A stretch of DNA of 64,000 nucleotides, from assembly GCA_965205275.1 (NCBI GenBank), contig OZ242168.1, forward strand, positions 991,291 through 1,055,290, written 5' to 3'. This stretch comes from Gammaproteobacteria bacterium (GTDB lineage Bacteria > Pseudomonadota > Gammaproteobacteria > UBA4575). The translations under genes were made by a program, and so were the position numbers. The notes under the pieces were generated by a model, which had not been told where the DNA came from, did not search any database, and saw only the letters and a program-made list of their open reading frames with translations. Shown in pieces: positions 20,478 through 32,558 of this stretch (position 1 is its first letter; each line of letters opens with the position of its first letter).

Positions 20478-23330
20478 ATGAAACAAATCAGCATCCGGGG
20501 CGCACGGACACACAATCTCCAGAATATCGATGTCGATCTTCCCCGGGACAAACTCATTGTAATTACCGGTTTATCGGGCTCGGGGAAATCATCGCTGGCT
20601 TTCGATACAATTTTTGCGGAAGGCCAGCGCAGATATGTCGAATCCCTGTCGGCGTATGCCCGTCAGTTCCTTGCGCGACTGGAAAAACCGGATATGGATT
20701 CCATAGACGGATTATCGCCTTCCATCTCAATTGAACAAAAAGCGAGTTCACATAATCCGCGCTCGACGGTAGGTACCATTACCGAGATCTACGATTATCT
20801 CCGCCTGCTCTATGCGCGCGCCGGTACACCACGCTGCCCCGCCCATCACATCGACCTGCATACGCAAACGATCAGCCAGATGGTGGACAAGGTTTTGTCA
20901 CTGGAAGACGGTAAAAAACTGATGCTTCTGGCACCCGTAATACAGAACCGCAAAGGTGAACATATGCAGGTGCTGGCGAAGTTACGGACCCAGGGTTTTA
21001 TCCGTGCACGCATTGATAATGAAGTGTACGAGCTGGATGCGCCGCCCAAGCTTAGTCTGAGGCGCAAACACACGATCGAAGTCGTCGTGGACCGATTCAA
21101 GGTCAGGGAAGACCTGAGGCTTCGGCTGGCGGAATCCTTTGAGACAGCACTGAAACTCGCGGACGATATAGCCATTATCCAGTCCATGGATAATCCTGAT
21201 GAAGACGAGATGGTGTTCTCGGCAAAATTTGCATGCCCGAAGTGCGGCTACAGCCTGAATGAGCTGGAACCCCGTCTTTTTTCTTTCAATAACCCGGTGG
21301 GGGCATGCACAGCATGCGACGGTTTGGGGGTGGAAGAGTTTTTTGACCCCGAACTGGTGGTGATCAGCCATGAAATCAGCTTGGCTGGTGGTGCCATCCG
21401 TGGTTGGGACCGGCGTAATCCGTACTACTTCAATTTAATACAATCCCTTGCCAAGCATTACCAATTTGATATTGAAGCCCCCTGGGGGGAACTGGATGAG
21501 GAAATCAGGGACATCATCCTGTATGGCAGCGAAGATGAGGCCATTCAATTCAAGTACACGAATGAAAAAGGCAAAAGCTATCAGCGCCGGCATGCATTCG
21601 AGGGCATTATCCCCAATATGGACCGGCGTTTTTATGAAACCGGGTCAAGCGCCGTACGCGAAGAGCTTAGCAAATACCTCACCACACAAGTCTGTCAGGT
21701 ATGCAGGGGCGACCGGTTAAACACGGAAGCACGCAACGTATTTATCAATAATTACAACCTGCCGACGATTACAGCGTGGTCGACAGAAGATGCACTTGAT
21801 TTTTTCGACAGGCTCAGACTCTCCGGCCATCTTGTGGCAGTCGGGGAAAAAATCATTAATGAAATCAGCCAGCGTCTTAAATTTCTGGTGAATGTCGGTT
21901 TGGATTACCTGGCTCTCGATCGTACTGCCGATACATTATCCGGTGGAGAATTACAACGGATACGTCTTGCCAGCCAGATCGGCTCGGGACTGGTAGGGGT
22001 CATGTACATACTGGATGAACCCTCGATAGGCCTGCACCAGCGTGACAACAAACGCCTGATCGGGACCCTGAACTACCTGCGGGACCTCGGCAATACCGTG
22101 ATTGTCGTCGAACACGATGAGGAAGCAATACGCAGCGCCGACCATGTGCTCGATATGGGGCCGGGTGCAGGTGTTCATGGCGGCAGGCTTGTAGCTCAGG
22201 GAACCCCCCTTGAGATTGAAAAAAATCCGGCTTCCCTGACCGGACAATACCTGTCCGGTAAACGCACTATCCCGATACCACAGATACGCTTGCATTTTCA
22301 AAAGGCCAAAGCCATAAAGATTGTAAAAGCCTGCGGCAATAACCTGAAGGATATCACCGTAGACATACCACTGGGATTATTGACGGTGGTCACGGGTGTT
22401 TCAGGCTCAGGAAAATCCACCCTGGTGAACGACACTTTATACCGGTACTGCATGCGCTATTTACATGGCTCCGGCATTCTTCCTGCAGCGTGTGCTGAAA
22501 TCAAAGGACTGAATCAAATCGATAAGGTGGTGGATATCGACCAGAATCCGATCGGGCGCACCCCGCGCTCCAACCCCGCAACGTATACGGGCCTGTTTAC
22601 GCCTATACGTGAACTGTTTGCAAGCATCCCGGAAGCACGGTCACGCGGTTATGCACCGGGCCGCTTCAGTTTCAATGTCAAAGGCGGCCGGTGTGAAGCG
22701 TGTCGGGGGGATGGCGTAATCAAGGTGGAAATGCACTTTCTGCCGGACGTGTATGTTCCATGTGACGTATGCCAGGGAAAACGCTACAACCGCGAAACAC
22801 TGGAAATACGTTATAAAAATCAAAATATCCACCAGGTATTGCAAATGACGGTTGAAGATGCGTTCAATTTTTTTGAAGCGATCCCCCTTGTCAGACGTAG
22901 GCTGCAAACACTAATGGATGTTGGCTTGTCCTATATCACATTGGGACAAAGTGCCACAACGTTATCAGGTGGGGAGGCCCAGCGTGTGAAGCTGTCACGT
23001 GAATTATCCAAACGCAGCACCGGACAAACACTTTATATACTGGATGAACCTACTACCGGTCTTCATTTTCATGACGTCGAACAGCTATTGAGGGTACTCC
23101 ACTATTTACGTGACCAAGGCAATACGATCATAGTCATCGAGCATAACCTCGATATCATCAAAACTGCCGACTGGATTATCGATTTGGGTCCTGAAGGAGG
23201 AAACCGGGGGGGACAGGTCGTTGTAATTGGGACACCGGAAGAAGTGACTTTTTCAAAAAAATCATTTACCGGACAGTATTTAAAACCCATCCTCGATATT
23301 AATACCTTGCCGGAAGAGCGATCTGCTTGA
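20478..23330 (+). CDS. uvrA: Excinuclease ABC subunit A
   Basis: Two Walker A motifs ([16 protein letters not shown]), LSGGE signatures, zinc fingers. Confidence 0.98.
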   Translation: MKQISIRGARTHNLQNIDVDLPRDKLIVITGLSGSGKSSLAFDTIFAEGQRRYVESLSAYARQFLARLEKPDMDSIDGLSPSISIEQKASSHNPRSTVGTITEIYDYLRLLYARAGTPRCPAHHIDLHTQTISQMVDKVLSLEDGKKLMLLAPVIQNRKGEHMQVLAKLRTQGFIRARIDNEVYELDAPPKLSLRRKHTIEVVVDRFKVREDLRLRLAESFETALKLADDIAIIQSMDNPDEDEMVFSAKFACPKCGYSLNELEPRLFSFNNPVGACTACDGLGVEEFFDPELVVISHEISLAGGAIRGWDRRNPYYFNLIQSLAKHYQFDIEAPWGELDEEIRDIILYGSEDEAIQFKYTNEKGKSYQRRHAFEGIIPNMDRRFYETGSSAVREELSKYLTTQVCQVCRGDRLNTEARNVFINNYNLPTITAWSTEDALDFFDRLRLSGHLVAVGEKIINEISQRLKFLVNVGLDYLALDRTADTLSGGELQRIRLASQIGSGLVGVMYILDEPSIGLHQRDNKRLIGTLNYLRDLGNTVIVVEHDEEAIRSADHVLDMGPGAGVHGGRLVAQGTPLEIEKNPASLTGQYLSGKRTIPIPQIRLHFQKAKAIKIVKACGNNLKDITVDIPLGLLTVVTGVSGSGKSTLVNDTLYRYCMRYLHGSGILPAACAEIKGLNQIDKVVDIDQNPIGRTPRSNPATYTGLFTPIRELFASIPEARSRGYAPGRFSFNVKGGRCEACRGDGVIKVEMHFLPDVYVPCDVCQGKRYNRETLEIRYKNQNIHQVLQMTVEDAFNFFEAIPLVRRRLQTLMDVGLSYITLGQSATTLSGGEAQRVKLSRELSKRSTGQTLYILDEPTTGLHFHDVEQLLRVLHYLRDQGNTIIVIEHNLDIIKTADWIIDLGPEGGNRGGQVVVIGTPEEVTFSKKSFTGQYLKPILDINTLPEERSA

Positions 23331-23487
23331 TTAACCTGGCAAATCGGTAAGCGACACTACCGCGTGGCGTTCGGTTTAGCCTTTGCTCATTGCTTTCTCA
23401 TGTATGCCTATCATAATGACAGCACAGCTTGTCAAGCTACGACATACTCACACCTTTTCCGATTATGAAAGCCCTGCAGGGATAAAT

Positions 23488-23811
23488 ATGGAAGCTGAAA
23501 TCAAAAATATTGCTTTACTCAAGAAAAATTTATCAAATGAGGAGCGCATGCAATTCGATGCGCAATTTTTAGGGTACAGAAAAAATCCAAATGTTGCTTT
23601 GATTCTGGGACTCATTTTCATTATTACCGGTCTTTCGGGCCTTGATCGATTTTACATAGGCAATACAGGTTTAGGTATTGGGAAGTTGTTGACGCTGGGC
23701 GGCTTAGGTGTTTGGGCAATAATTGACTGGTTTTTAATCATGGGAGCAACAAGGCGCAAGAACAGTAATATCGCCCACGAAATTCACGACAGCATTATAC
23801 AAATGCGCTAA
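23488..23811 (+). CDS. TM2-domain (NINE) membrane protein
   Basis: GLDRFYIGNTGLGIGKLLTLGGLGVWAIIDWFLI. Confidence 0.85.
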   Translation: MEAEIKNIALLKKNLSNEERMQFDAQFLGYRKNPNVALILGLIFIITGLSGLDRFYIGNTGLGIGKLLTLGGLGVWAIIDWFLIMGATRRKNSNIAHEIHDSIIQMR

Positions 23812-23855
23812 ATTTCAAATTGAGAAACTCATTGGAATGGAATAAGTGAACCACT

Positions 23856-24020
23856 ATGCCTTTTAAATTTAAAATGAGGCCCAAACCTCAAGACTCCTCT
23901 GCTTTTTCAATTTTCATACGCACCGCTTCTTCCAAAGAGAAAAAACGTGTCTACAGCGAGGTTATAAAAAAGTCTATCGAGAGCCAAAAAAAGATCATAG
24001 ACAATGCTGCGGAGGACTGA
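23856..24020 (+). CDS. 54-aa hypothetical protein resembling small ORFs found beside zeta-toxin genes
   Basis: SAFSIFIRTASSKEKKRVYSEVIKKSIESQ; below the ORF-track cutoff; family link is from recall. Confidence 0.5.
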   Translation: MPFKFKMRPKPQDSSAFSIFIRTASSKEKKRVYSEVIKKSIESQKKIIDNAAED

Positions 24021-24165
24021 TCGGGACTGTGCCAGATGTACTGGCTTGCAGGCATAGACAGTCGTACGTGATTTACAAGTCTACTGCAATATTAAGAGAA
24101 GAAGACAGCTCGATACGCCCATCCAGACCGGCGACGTCGACTTGGTGCTACCTCTCCTGTTTCTA

Positions 24166-24455
24166 TCATACCACCTGCGAAAGCCGCTCTACCTTGATCC
24201 GGTCCGCCTTTTTCATCGCTTGGGACAGTTCATAGGCCGATTGAAGCCGGCACCAGGTCTCGGCACCCCCTCCGAAAGCCTTGTCGAGGCGGATTGCCAT
24301 CTCGGGTGAGATCCCCGAACGGCAATGCACGATGTCTGAGAGCTGCTTGCGGCTAACGCCAAGCTTGCGTGCGGCTGCCGTCACGCTAAGCCCCAGAGGT
24401 TCCGGCAATCATGACGCACGGACAGACCCGGGTGAGGTGGGTTTTTCATAGGCAT
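24166..24455 (-). pseudogene. higA: HigA addiction-module antidote, frameshifted
   Basis: [17 protein letters not shown], 1-nt loss near 24403, then [22 protein letters not shown]...ISPEMAIRL. Confidence 0.85.
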
Positions 24456-24467
24456 ACCGAAGTTCTC

Positions 24468-24707
24468 CTAATGATAGTCAATCAAGTCCACATCCCTGGC
24501 GTCGCGTCCCTCGAAACGAAAGATAATGCGTCAGTTGTAAGATATTTGCACCAACCAATACCCCATAAGATCGCCTCTTAACGGATACAGCCCGAAACTT
24601 GGCAGTCCATACCTCCAGGCTATGCTGCTTCGTTGAGGCGGGCAAAACGTGCTCGACCCTGGCTGTCTACACAGGGGAAACCCTGACGCGAGACACTACT
24701 TGATCAT
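24468..24707 (-). pseudogene. higB: HigB (RelE/ParE) toxin, heavily degraded
   Basis: MIK*...LYPLRGDLMGYWLVQISYN*RIIFRFEGRDARDVDLIDYH. Confidence 0.8.
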
Positions 24708-24790
24708 GTACCAGATTTGTGAGAGAGCAGAAGTCATTCTTGTTATTTGATAAAGCAATAGTGACCGAAGACGTCGTGCAGAAGCACACT

Positions 24791-25045
24791 TCATCTTGCC
24801 TCTACCTGTATGCCCTTGTTCCTAGTGATTTCCAGCTTTTCTGCAAGCCATAACTTGATAATGGATTGTCGCGTCACGCCAATTCGACTGGCTTCCTTAT
24901 CCAGCAAGTCAATCATCCATACAGGAAAATCAACATTTACCCGTCTTTGGTTCTGGTTAGGTTTTACGGCTGTAGACAAGTCTAAATCAGTAAGGATTTC
25001 TTCTTTGCCGATATCAAATTTTTGATCAAGATCTTTAGCCTTCAT
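24791..25045 (-). CDS. brnA: BrnA-type (CopG/RHH) antitoxin
   Basis: RRVNVDFPVWMIDLLDKEASRIGVTRQSIIKLWLAE. Confidence 0.85.
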   Translation of the reverse strand: MKAKDLDQKFDIGKEEILTDLDLSTAVKPNQNQRRVNVDFPVWMIDLLDKEASRIGVTRQSIIKLWLAEKLEITRNKGIQVEAR

Positions 25046-25298
25046 ATATCTTTACCTCGGGTTTTCTGGCATGCCTGACAGAGATGATTCGGACCCTCTT
25101 GTCCCTCACAGTAGTAATTGCTGACCAGTACTTTGTATCAATTTTGCCAATGACCACATATCGTGGTTCATCCACTGTTTTGGTTTTGATCTGTACAAGG
25201 TCAGGGTCATTCCATAGTGCTTGTGCCTCGAAAAAATTGATTCCATGCTTTTTCAGATTGGATTTACTTTTTTCTTCGTCAAATTCAAACTCATATAT
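25035..25298 (-). pseudogene. brnT: BrnT ribonuclease toxin lacking an in-frame ATG
   Basis: EFEFDEEKSKSNLKKHGINFFEAQALWND...RVRIISVRHARKPE; ATGAG where ATGGAG is expected; an ATA start is possible. Confidence 0.75.
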
Positions 25299-25317
25299 GG
25301 TATAAAAAATATACCAT
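25297..25317. promoter_or_regulatory. Putative BrnA operator palindrome
   Basis: ATGGTATA-aaaaa-TATACCAT at the brnT start. Confidence 0.6.
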
Positions 25318-25805
25318 TATTAAGTATACGGCAAGTCAACTGATTTGCGGCGTCGCCAGATCTTTGTCTCCAACGCCGGGTCCATCAACCTGTAAGGTCG
25401 ATTAATCGGACTTACTCAAATATCCGACTATGCTGGAGATTCCCAACAAAGATGCCAGACAGTTACCAGCCTGCACTGCTAGCCGCAAGGAGTTCAGGTC
25501 AGGAAAAAGCCCAAGGAGAAATGAATGAGTTTGTTTAATAGAGGATATGAAATAGCCTTGAATGCAAGGAGATCAGGCCAGAACAGTACAAGTTTATTGG
25601 ACATATAGTCGACCGCAGTATCAAGAGAGACGACAGTCCGGTACGTTCATCTCGCCCACGACATAGTGAAGGCATCTGCCGCTTGTATCGGAAATCAGAT
25701 ATAAGCCCTATATGTATTCTACATAAGGCCCTGGCATGCTTTAATTGAGTATTATAAGCAGGCAGTCCCCTGCTTCCAATCTGCTCAATTGAATTTTCGC
25801 ACGAT

Positions 25806-26537
25806 TCAATTTAAATCGACTTTATCTCCAATCGACAGTTGAAACTTTTCCGCAGCAGATGCATCTCTCACTGCGATCTCAACAAGATTGTTTGAGTTGC
25901 AGTACCAGAAGCCCTCTCCCTTGCCCACACAATAAAAAGCCTCCGCATACCGGATGTCCTGGCCCTTGATTTTCAGTATTTGATTTCTACTGGACGGATG
26001 GAAGGTGATCCCTGTCAATCCATTACCAAAGTGATCAATATGGATAATCTCATACAGACTGTCCGGCCATTCGGCACCGGTCAATGTTTTGACGGACACA
26101 GGTTTAAGCTCCGGTTCTGAACCTGAAGCAATTTGCGCGGCAACGGGTGCAAATATATCGCGTCCATGGAACGTTTTTGATGCGGGCTCTTTTGATAGCA
26201 GGATTTCAGACAACCCGATTTCGGATAACTTCCGGGACACAATGGAAAACAGACCATTATCAGGCCCGGTAAATGTATATCCATCCCCTTCCAGCACAAT
26301 CGGCGCCCGGGCGGACCCCACTCCGGGGTCCACGACACCCACTACAATGGATCGTTCAGGCAGGTCTTGCAGAAAGCTTGCGAGCAGATAAGCGGAAGCC
26401 CTGGGGTTGAATGCAGGCAATTCGTGAATGAGATCAATCACCTTTACATGGGGGGCGATGCTGTAAATTACAGACTTGAGCTGACCGACATAGGCACCGG
26501 ATAGCCCGTAGTCCGTCGCCAGAACAATTGGTCTCAT
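25806..26537 (-). CDS. SAM hydroxide adenosyltransferase (DUF62)
   Basis: TDYG, VVDPGVGSAR, GPDNG, TFHGRDIFAP, IDHFGN. Confidence 0.9.
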   Translation of the reverse strand: MRPIVLATDYGLSGAYVGQLKSVIYSIAPHVKVIDLIHELPAFNPRASAYLLASFLQDLPERSIVVGVVDPGVGSARAPIVLEGDGYTFTGPDNGLFSIVSRKLSEIGLSEILLSKEPASKTFHGRDIFAPVAAQIASGSEPELKPVSVKTLTGAEWPDSLYEIIHIDHFGNGLTGITFHPSSRNQILKIKGQDIRYAEAFYCVGKGEGFWYCNSNNLVEIAVRDASAAEKFQLSIGDKVDLN

Positions 26538-26575
26538 GGCAACCCGGAACCTGAAAATATACCGGTCGTGCAGAC

Positions 26576-26602
26576 AAAAAAGCCAGGATTCACCTGGCTT
26601 TT
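26576..26602 (-). terminator. Intrinsic terminator after rplQ
   Basis: AAAAGCCAGG-tgaat-CCTGGCTTTTTT on the minus strand. Confidence 0.85.
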
Positions 26603-26622
26603 ATACATTGTGAATCGATCAG

Positions 26623-26994
26623 CTATTCTTCTTCAACCGGTCGGTCTACGAGTTCCACCAACGCCATCGGAGCCTTGTCTCCAGAGCGAAACCCGCATTT
26701 TAAAATACGGGTGTACCCGCCGGGTCTTTCTTTATAGCGAGGCCCCAGTTCGGAAAACAGTTTTCCTACACTGGCCTTATCGCGTAGCCTGGAAAATGCC
26801 CGACGTCGTCTTGCCACACTGTCTTCCTTTGCCAGTGTGATCAGAGGCTCTGCATAACGGCGCAATTCCTTTGCCTTGGGCAAGGTCGTGCGAATGACTT
26901 CGTGCGAGAATAACGAAGTCGCCATATTGCTCATCATCGCCTTGCGATGCGGGCTGTTCCTGTTTAGCTGACGTCCTGACTGACGATGTCTCAT
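26623..26994 (-). CDS. rplQ: 50S ribosomal protein L17
   Basis: [12 protein letters not shown]; RPGGYTRI. Confidence 0.98.
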   Translation of the reverse strand: MRHRQSGRQLNRNSPHRKAMMSNMATSLFSHEVIRTTLPKAKELRRYAEPLITLAKEDSVARRRRAFSRLRDKASVGKLFSELGPRYKERPGGYTRILKCGFRSGDKAPMALVELVDRPVEEE

Positions 26995-27015
26995 TCTGCT
27001 TTCCGGTTAATAGAT

Positions 27016-28008
27016 TTAGATCAGCACCTTGCGGTCTTCACGTAAATTGGCAGGTGGCCAGTTTTCCAGGCGCATCCCCAGTGTCAGACCGTGTGTCCCC
27101 AATATATCCTTTATTTCCGTCAAGGACTTTTTACCCAGATTAGGCGTTTTCAGCAATTCCACTTCCGTACGTTGAATAAGATCACCGATATAGTAGATTT
27201 TCTCCGCTTTCAGGCAGTTGGCTGAGCGAACCGTAAGTTCCAGATCATCCACCGGGCGCACCAGGATGGGATCAATTTCAGGTTCAGTCTGGTCGGGTTC
27301 AGCCTGTTCATCTCCTTGCAGATCAACGAACACGGATAATTGCTGCTGCAGTACGCCTGCTGCCTTGCGAATGGTTTCCTCCGGATTGACGGTACCGTTT
27401 GTTTCCAGATCAACAATCAATTTATCCAGGTCCGTACGTTGTTCCACACGTGCACTTTCAACCGAGTAGGCTACCCGGCGTACCGGACTGAAGCTTGCGT
27501 CCAGCAGCAATGAACCAATGGCACGGTCCTCATCATTATTCCGGCGCTGTGCCGCAGGCTGGTACCCGCGACCCTTGGCCACTTTCAAAGTCATACTTAA
27601 TGAGCCTCGTTCGGTCAGGTGCGCAATGACATGGTCTTTATTCATGATTTCCACGTCATGGTCAGTCTCAATGTCTCCCGCCGTAGCGACGCCTGGCCCC
27701 TTTTTATATAAGGAAAGTGTGGCTTCTGACTTGTCGTGCATCACGACCGCAATACCTTTCACGTTCAACAGGATATCGACTACGTCTTCCTGCACACCCT
27801 CGATTGCAGTGTATTCATGCAGTACCCCGTCAATTTGCACCTCTACCACTGCACAGCCGGGTATGGATGACAGTAATATCCGTCTCAGCGCATTGCCAAG
27901 CGTATGTCCAAAACCACGGTCCAGAGGCTCCAGTACAACTTTGGCATGACATTCGCCGGCCATCTGGACATCAACGACTCTTGGCTTCAGTAAATCATTT
28001 GCACCCAT
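27016..28008 (-). CDS. rpoA: RNA polymerase alpha subunit
   Basis: [17 protein letters not shown]; [14 protein letters not shown]. Confidence 0.98.
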   Translation of the reverse strand: MGANDLLKPRVVDVQMAGECHAKVVLEPLDRGFGHTLGNALRRILLSSIPGCAVVEVQIDGVLHEYTAIEGVQEDVVDILLNVKGIAVVMHDKSEATLSLYKKGPGVATAGDIETDHDVEIMNKDHVIAHLTERGSLSMTLKVAKGRGYQPAAQRRNNDEDRAIGSLLLDASFSPVRRVAYSVESARVEQRTDLDKLIVDLETNGTVNPEETIRKAAGVLQQQLSVFVDLQGDEQAEPDQTEPEIDPILVRPVDDLELTVRSANCLKAEKIYYIGDLIQRTEVELLKTPNLGKKSLTEIKDILGTHGLTLGMRLENWPPANLREDRKVLI

Positions 28009-28032
28009 CTATATTAACCTCTTAAACACTCA

Positions 28033-28653
28033 TTACTTGGAATACAACTCAACCACGAGAGATTCATTTATATCCGGCGGCAAATCATCACGCTCCGGAA
28101 CAGACTTGAACTTGCCCTGCATCTTCTTGACGTCTACCTCAACCCATTCAGGCAATCCAATTTGTTCCGATGCATTCAATGCATCCTGAATCCGTAATTG
28201 TTTTCTGGATTTTTCCCGTACTGAAATCACGTCATCCGGAGACACATGGTAGGACGGTATGTTTACAACCGCGCCATTCACTTCAATCGCCTTGTGACTG
28301 ACGAGCTGTCGGCACTCCGCGCGTGTAACACCAAAGCCCATTCGATAGGCCACATTATCCAGCCTGCACTCAAGAATCTTTAACAAGTTCTCACCTGTAG
28401 AGCCTTTAATGCGCGACGCCTTTTTATAATAGTTCCTGAATTGACGCTCCAGAACGCCGTAGATGCGGCGCAATTTCTGCTTCTCACGCAACTGCACCCC
28501 GTAATTGGACGTACGACTGCGTTTGTCGCCGTGCTGGCCGGGCAGTTTGTCAATTTTACATTTTGACTCAAGCGGCCGCGCCCTGCTTTTCAGCAAAAGG
28601 TCCGTACCTTCGCGCCGGCTGATTTTACATTTGGGTCCTAAATAACGTGCCAT
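28033..28653 (-). CDS. rpsD: 30S ribosomal protein S4
   Basis: MARYLGPK; LECRLDN. Confidence 0.98.
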   Translation of the reverse strand: MARYLGPKCKISRREGTDLLLKSRARPLESKCKIDKLPGQHGDKRSRTSNYGVQLREKQKLRRIYGVLERQFRNYYKKASRIKGSTGENLLKILECRLDNVAYRMGFGVTRAECRQLVSHKAIEVNGAVVNIPSYHVSPDDVISVREKSRKQLRIQDALNASEQIGLPEWVEVDVKKMQGKFKSVPERDDLPPDINESLVVELYSK

Positions 28654-28665
28654 ATCTGCTGTGCC

Positions 28666-29055
28666 CTATACACGACGACGCTTGGGTGGACGACATCCAT
28701 TGTGTGGAATCGGTGTAACGTCATTTATATTGGTAATCTTGTAGCCCATTGCATTCAGGGCGCGTACTGCCGACTCCCGTCCCGGGCCGGGTCCCTTGAT
28801 TCTTATCTCCAGGTATTTCAGGCCATATTCCAGTGCGTCTTCACCTGCACGCTGGGCAGCCGTTTGTGCAGCAAATGGCGTACTTTTACGCGAACCACGA
28901 AAGCCTGACCCCCCCGAGGTGGCCCATGCCAAAGCATTACCCTGACGATCTGTAATCGTCACGATGGTGTTGTTAAACGACGCATGAATATGCGCAACCC
29001 CGTCCGTAACGATGCGTTTCGCTTTTTTTCTGGTGCGTGCCGATGTTTTTGCCAT
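28666..29055 (-). CDS. rpsK: 30S ribosomal protein S11
   Basis: HASFNNT; [14 protein letters not shown]. Confidence 0.98.
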   Translation of the reverse strand: MAKTSARTRKKAKRIVTDGVAHIHASFNNTIVTITDRQGNALAWATSGGSGFRGSRKSTPFAAQTAAQRAGEDALEYGLKYLEIRIKGPGPGRESAVRALNAMGYKITNINDVTPIPHNGCRPPKRRRV

Positions 29056-29076
29056 AGGTATACGTTATCCGCTTGG

Positions 29077-29433
29077 TTATCTTCTGATAGGACGCCTGGG
29101 GCCTTTACGGGTGCGCGCGTTGGTACGTGTGCGTTGCCCGCGCAACGGTAAACCGCGGCGATGTCGAATACCCCGATAGGTTCCCAGGTCCATAAGTCGC
29201 TTGATATTTACGGTGGTTTCACGGCGCAAATCGCCTTCCACGCGATACTTGCCCACTTCCGTGCGTAACCGACTCACCTCGTCTTCACTTAAATCCTTGA
29301 TTTTGGTACTTGTCTGAATACCCGCTGCCGCACAAATTTTACGGGAACTCGAACGCCCAATGCCATATATAGCCGTCAGAGCGATCTCTGCATGCTTGTG
29401 TACGGGTACATTTATTCCAGAAATACGCGCCAT
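29077..29433 (-). CDS. rpsM: 30S ribosomal protein S13
   Basis: [14 protein letters not shown]. Confidence 0.98.
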   Translation of the reverse strand: MARISGINVPVHKHAEIALTAIYGIGRSSSRKICAAAGIQTSTKIKDLSEDEVSRLRTEVGKYRVEGDLRRETTVNIKRLMDLGTYRGIRHRRGLPLRGQRTRTNARTRKGPRRPIRR

Positions 29434-29535
29434 TTAAAATTTCCTCGAAAAAAAAGTATCGGAGGCTGTTTTCCGACAGCGGATTTTATCAGTCAAACCG
29501 GTTAAATACATGCCTTGTCCTGAAATCCCAGACGT

Positions 29536-29649
29536 TTAACCTTGACGCTGCTTGTGTCTGGGGTCACTGCATATGATGCGTACTACCCCGTTACGGCGTA
29601 CTACCCTGCAGTTTCTGCACATTTTTTTTACTGATGCTCGTACTTTCAT
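29536..29649 (-). CDS. rpmJ: 50S ribosomal protein L36 (Zn-binding form)
   Basis: [37 protein letters not shown], read from the DNA. Confidence 0.97.
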   Translation of the reverse strand: MKVRASVKKMCRNCRVVRRNGVVRIICSDPRHKQRQG

Positions 29650-29665
29650 CGCTGTCTCTCTTTAG

Positions 29666-31009
29666 TTACCGCACACTTCCGGCTCGTCCGTAGCCCCTCA
29701 AGTTTGCTTTTTTCATCAGCCCCTCATACTGGTGAGACATCAGATGTGCCTGCACCTGCGCCATGAAGTCCATCACAACTACTACAATGATCAACAAGGA
29801 AGTTCCACCAAAATAAAACGGGACACTGTACTTGAGAATAAGAAACTCCGGTAGCAAACAGACCAATGTAATATAGATGGCACCCACGGCTGTCAAACGG
29901 GTCAGCACGGCATCGATGTAGCGTGCAGTCTGTTCCCCCGGACGAATACCCGGAATAAATGCACCCGAACGCTTTAAATTATCTGCTGTTTCCCGTGAGT
30001 CGAAAACAATTGCAGTATAAAAGAAACAAAAGAACACGATCGCCAGCGCGTACATCATGACATATAACGGCTGTCCGGGTGAAATTGCATTTGCCATATT
30101 CTGCAACCAGGGAAAATTCCCGACAGAACTGCTGGACCACTGTAACAATGTTGCCGGAAACAGAATAATGCTGGAAGCGAAAATAGGTGGAATAACACCT
30201 GACATATTGAGCTTGAGCGGCAAATGGCTGGATTGTGCCGCATACATTTTCCTGCCTTGTTGTCGTCGTGCGTAATTCACCGTAATACGCCGTTGTGCCC
30301 TTTCTGCAAAAATTACAACCGCCGTGACGACAATGGCCATCAGGAAGAGAAACAGTGCGAAGGCTTCACCAATTGCACCTTGCGCAACCAGGTCAAGAGT
30401 ACCGCCTATGGCCGCAGGCAACCCGGCAACAATCCCGGCAAAAATAATGATGGAAATGCCATTCCCTATACCGCGTTCCGTAATCTGTTCGCCCAGCCAC
30501 ATCAAAAACATCGTTCCGGTTACCAGACTCACGGCTACGGTAAAAATAAACCCGATACCGGGGTTAAGCGCAACCTGCTGGTTCTGCAAGGCAATGGAAA
30601 CACCAATCGCCTGGAAAGTTGCAAGAAAAACCGTACCATAACGCGTGTACTGGGTAATCTTGCGCCGCCCCGCTTCACCTTCTTTTTTAAGCTCTTTTAA
30701 TGAGGGTACCACGGCACTCATCAACTGCATGATGATGGACGCGGATATATAGGGCATGATGCCCAGCGCAAAAATACTCAAACGCTCAAGCGCTCCACCC
30801 GAAAACATATTGAACATTCCAAGTATGGTGCTGCTTTGTTGCTCGAAGAACCGGGCCATGGCACCCGGGTCAATTCCGGGTACCGGAATAAACGTTCCAA
30901 TTCGATACACAATTAACGCAATCAGCACAAACACCAGACGCTTGCGCAGTTCGGTAACCCGTCCCAGTCCTGCAAGAGAACCGACAGCATTTGCACTCGC
31001 CCGGACCAT
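29666..31009 (-). CDS. secY: Preprotein translocase SecY
   Basis: [16 protein letters not shown]; [11 protein letters not shown]. Confidence 0.98.
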   Translation of the reverse strand: MVRASANAVGSLAGLGRVTELRKRLVFVLIALIVYRIGTFIPVPGIDPGAMARFFEQQSSTILGMFNMFSGGALERLSIFALGIMPYISASIIMQLMSAVVPSLKELKKEGEAGRRKITQYTRYGTVFLATFQAIGVSIALQNQQVALNPGIGFIFTVAVSLVTGTMFLMWLGEQITERGIGNGISIIIFAGIVAGLPAAIGGTLDLVAQGAIGEAFALFLFLMAIVVTAVVIFAERAQRRITVNYARRQQGRKMYAAQSSHLPLKLNMSGVIPPIFASSIILFPATLLQWSSSSVGNFPWLQNMANAISPGQPLYVMMYALAIVFFCFFYTAIVFDSRETADNLKRSGAFIPGIRPGEQTARYIDAVLTRLTAVGAIYITLVCLLPEFLILKYSVPFYFGGTSLLIIVVVVMDFMAQVQAHLMSHQYEGLMKKANLRGYGRAGSVR

Positions 31010-31443
31010 CAGTTCTGGATGCTCCCGCCTGCCGCTTCAACCGCTTTCCGCGCGCCTGCCGTAAATAACAGGCCTTTGGCATGCACAGCAGTTTCTATTT
31101 TCCCGGACAGAATCACCTTGACACGTTTGGCCGCAGCATGCACCAGCCTGGCATTTTTTAATGCGTCAATATCCACCATGTCACTGTCAACCGTTGCCAG
31201 CTCATGCAAACGAAGTTCTGCCGTATCACAGGATTTACGTGAACTGAATCCTACTTTTGGCAAACGTCGCTGCAACGGCATCTGACCCCCTTCAAAACCC
31301 ACCTTGTGATAACCACCTGAACGCGAGCGCTGGCCTTTGTGGCCACGGCCACAGGTTTTGCCAAAGCCGGAGCCTATACCGCGTCCTACGCGCTTGCGGT
31401 CAGTACGACTACCTTCAGCCGGTTTCAGGTTATTCAGTTTCAT
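31009..31443 (-). CDS. rplO: 50S ribosomal protein L15
   Basis: [15 protein letters not shown]. Confidence 0.98.
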   Translation of the reverse strand: MKLNNLKPAEGSRTDRKRVGRGIGSGFGKTCGRGHKGQRSRSGGYHKVGFEGGQMPLQRRLPKVGFSSRKSCDTAELRLHELATVDSDMVDIDALKNARLVHAAAKRVKVILSGKIETAVHAKGLLFTAGARKAVEAAGGSIQN

Positions 31444-31455
31444 ATTTCCAGACCG

Positions 31456-31638
31456 TCAGGCTTCTTCAATTTTTAACATATAATCAATTTTATTGATCAT
31501 GCCGCGATTTTCCGGTGTATCCATAACCGTTACCGGATTATGAATACGACGAATACCCAGGCCACGCGCGCACGCCTTGTGTGTAGCAAGCCTTCCACTC
31601 AGACTTTTGACTAACGTAACTTTCAGTTGTTTGCTCAT
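31456..31638 (-). CDS. rpmD: 50S ribosomal protein L30
   Basis: LKVTLVKS; [11 protein letters not shown]. Confidence 0.96.
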   Translation of the reverse strand: MSKQLKVTLVKSLSGRLATHKACARGLGIRRIHNPVTVMDTPENRGMINKIDYMLKIEEA

Positions 31639-31660
31639 AAGCCCAGACTGCATAAATCAA

Positions 31661-32167
31661 TCACGAAAAAATTTCTTCTACGGTCTTGCCACGTTTCGCA
31701 GCAATGTATTCAGGATCCTGCATACTGCAAAGTGCATTCACAGTGGCCCGCACTACATTAATCGGATTTTTGGAGCCAATACACTTGGATAAAATATCTT
31801 TAATGCCAACCACTTCAAATACAGCACGCATGGCCCCCCCTGCAATGATACTGGTACCCACGGACGCAGGTTGCATGAAAACTTTTGCAGCACCGTGTTG
31901 CCCAATTACCGGGTAATACAAGGTTCCATCCTTGAGAGGCACATGCCTTAATTCCTTACGCGCTTTTTCCATAGCCTTTCGGATCGCCAAAGGCACCTCG
32001 CGGGCTTTTCCGTAGCCTATACCGACCTTGCCATTACTGTCCCCGACTACCGTCAGTGCAGTAAATCCAAACTGGCGTCCGCCTTTTACGACCTTTGCAA
32101 CCCGATTCACTGCAATCAGTCTTTCTTCAAGACCGTCGGATATTCTTGCTGGTTCTTTCGCTACCAT
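31661..32167 (-). CDS. rpsE: 30S ribosomal protein S5
   Basis: [11 protein letters not shown]. Confidence 0.98.
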   Translation of the reverse strand: MVAKEPARISDGLEERLIAVNRVAKVVKGGRQFGFTALTVVGDSNGKVGIGYGKAREVPLAIRKAMEKARKELRHVPLKDGTLYYPVIGQHGAAKVFMQPASVGTSIIAGGAMRAVFEVVGIKDILSKCIGSKNPINVVRATVNALCSMQDPEYIAAKRGKTVEEIFS

Positions 32168-32188
32168 TGGAATGTGAGTACCTGCTGT

Positions 32189-32545
32189 TTAAAAATTTAA
32201 TCCTGCTTCCCGCGCTGCATCGGCCAAAGCCTTGACGCGGCCATGATACTTGAATCCTGAACGGTCAAACGCTACCTCAACCACACCTTTCTCCTGCGCA
32301 CGCTTTGCAATGGCCTTCCCGACTTCCTTGGCGGCCTCCACATTGCCGGTATACTCGACCGCCTTGCGTACCTCGTCCTCCAGGGAAGACGCACACGCAA
32401 TGGTGACGCCTGCCGTGCCGGGCGATATCACCTGCGCATAGGTGTGTCTGAGCGTACGGTGCACACACAACCGATGTACTTTCAGCCCAGCAATTTTACT
32501 GCGGGTTTTGCGTGCCCGACGTATTCTTGAAGTTGTATTACCCAT
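32189..32545 (-). CDS. rplR: 50S ribosomal protein L18
   Basis: [24 protein letters not shown]. Confidence 0.98.
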   Translation of the reverse strand: MGNTTSRIRRARKTRSKIAGLKVHRLCVHRTLRHTYAQVISPGTAGVTIACASSLEDEVRKAVEYTGNVEAAKEVGKAIAKRAQEKGVVEVAFDRSGFKYHGRVKALADAAREAGLNF

Positions 32546-32558
32546 ATCTGTAAATCAA

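Noticed and set aside
14600-24707. Stop-codon reassignment or readthrough suggested by several in-frame stops
   Set aside because: The stops are mixed (TAA, TAG, TGA), occur only in accessory genes, and all three terminate core genes normally
25806-26537. SAM-dependent chlorinase/fluorinase
   Set aside because: Has the Asp-Arg-His set (VVDPGVGSAR, TFHGRD) of DUF62 SAM hydrolases, not the halogenase signature
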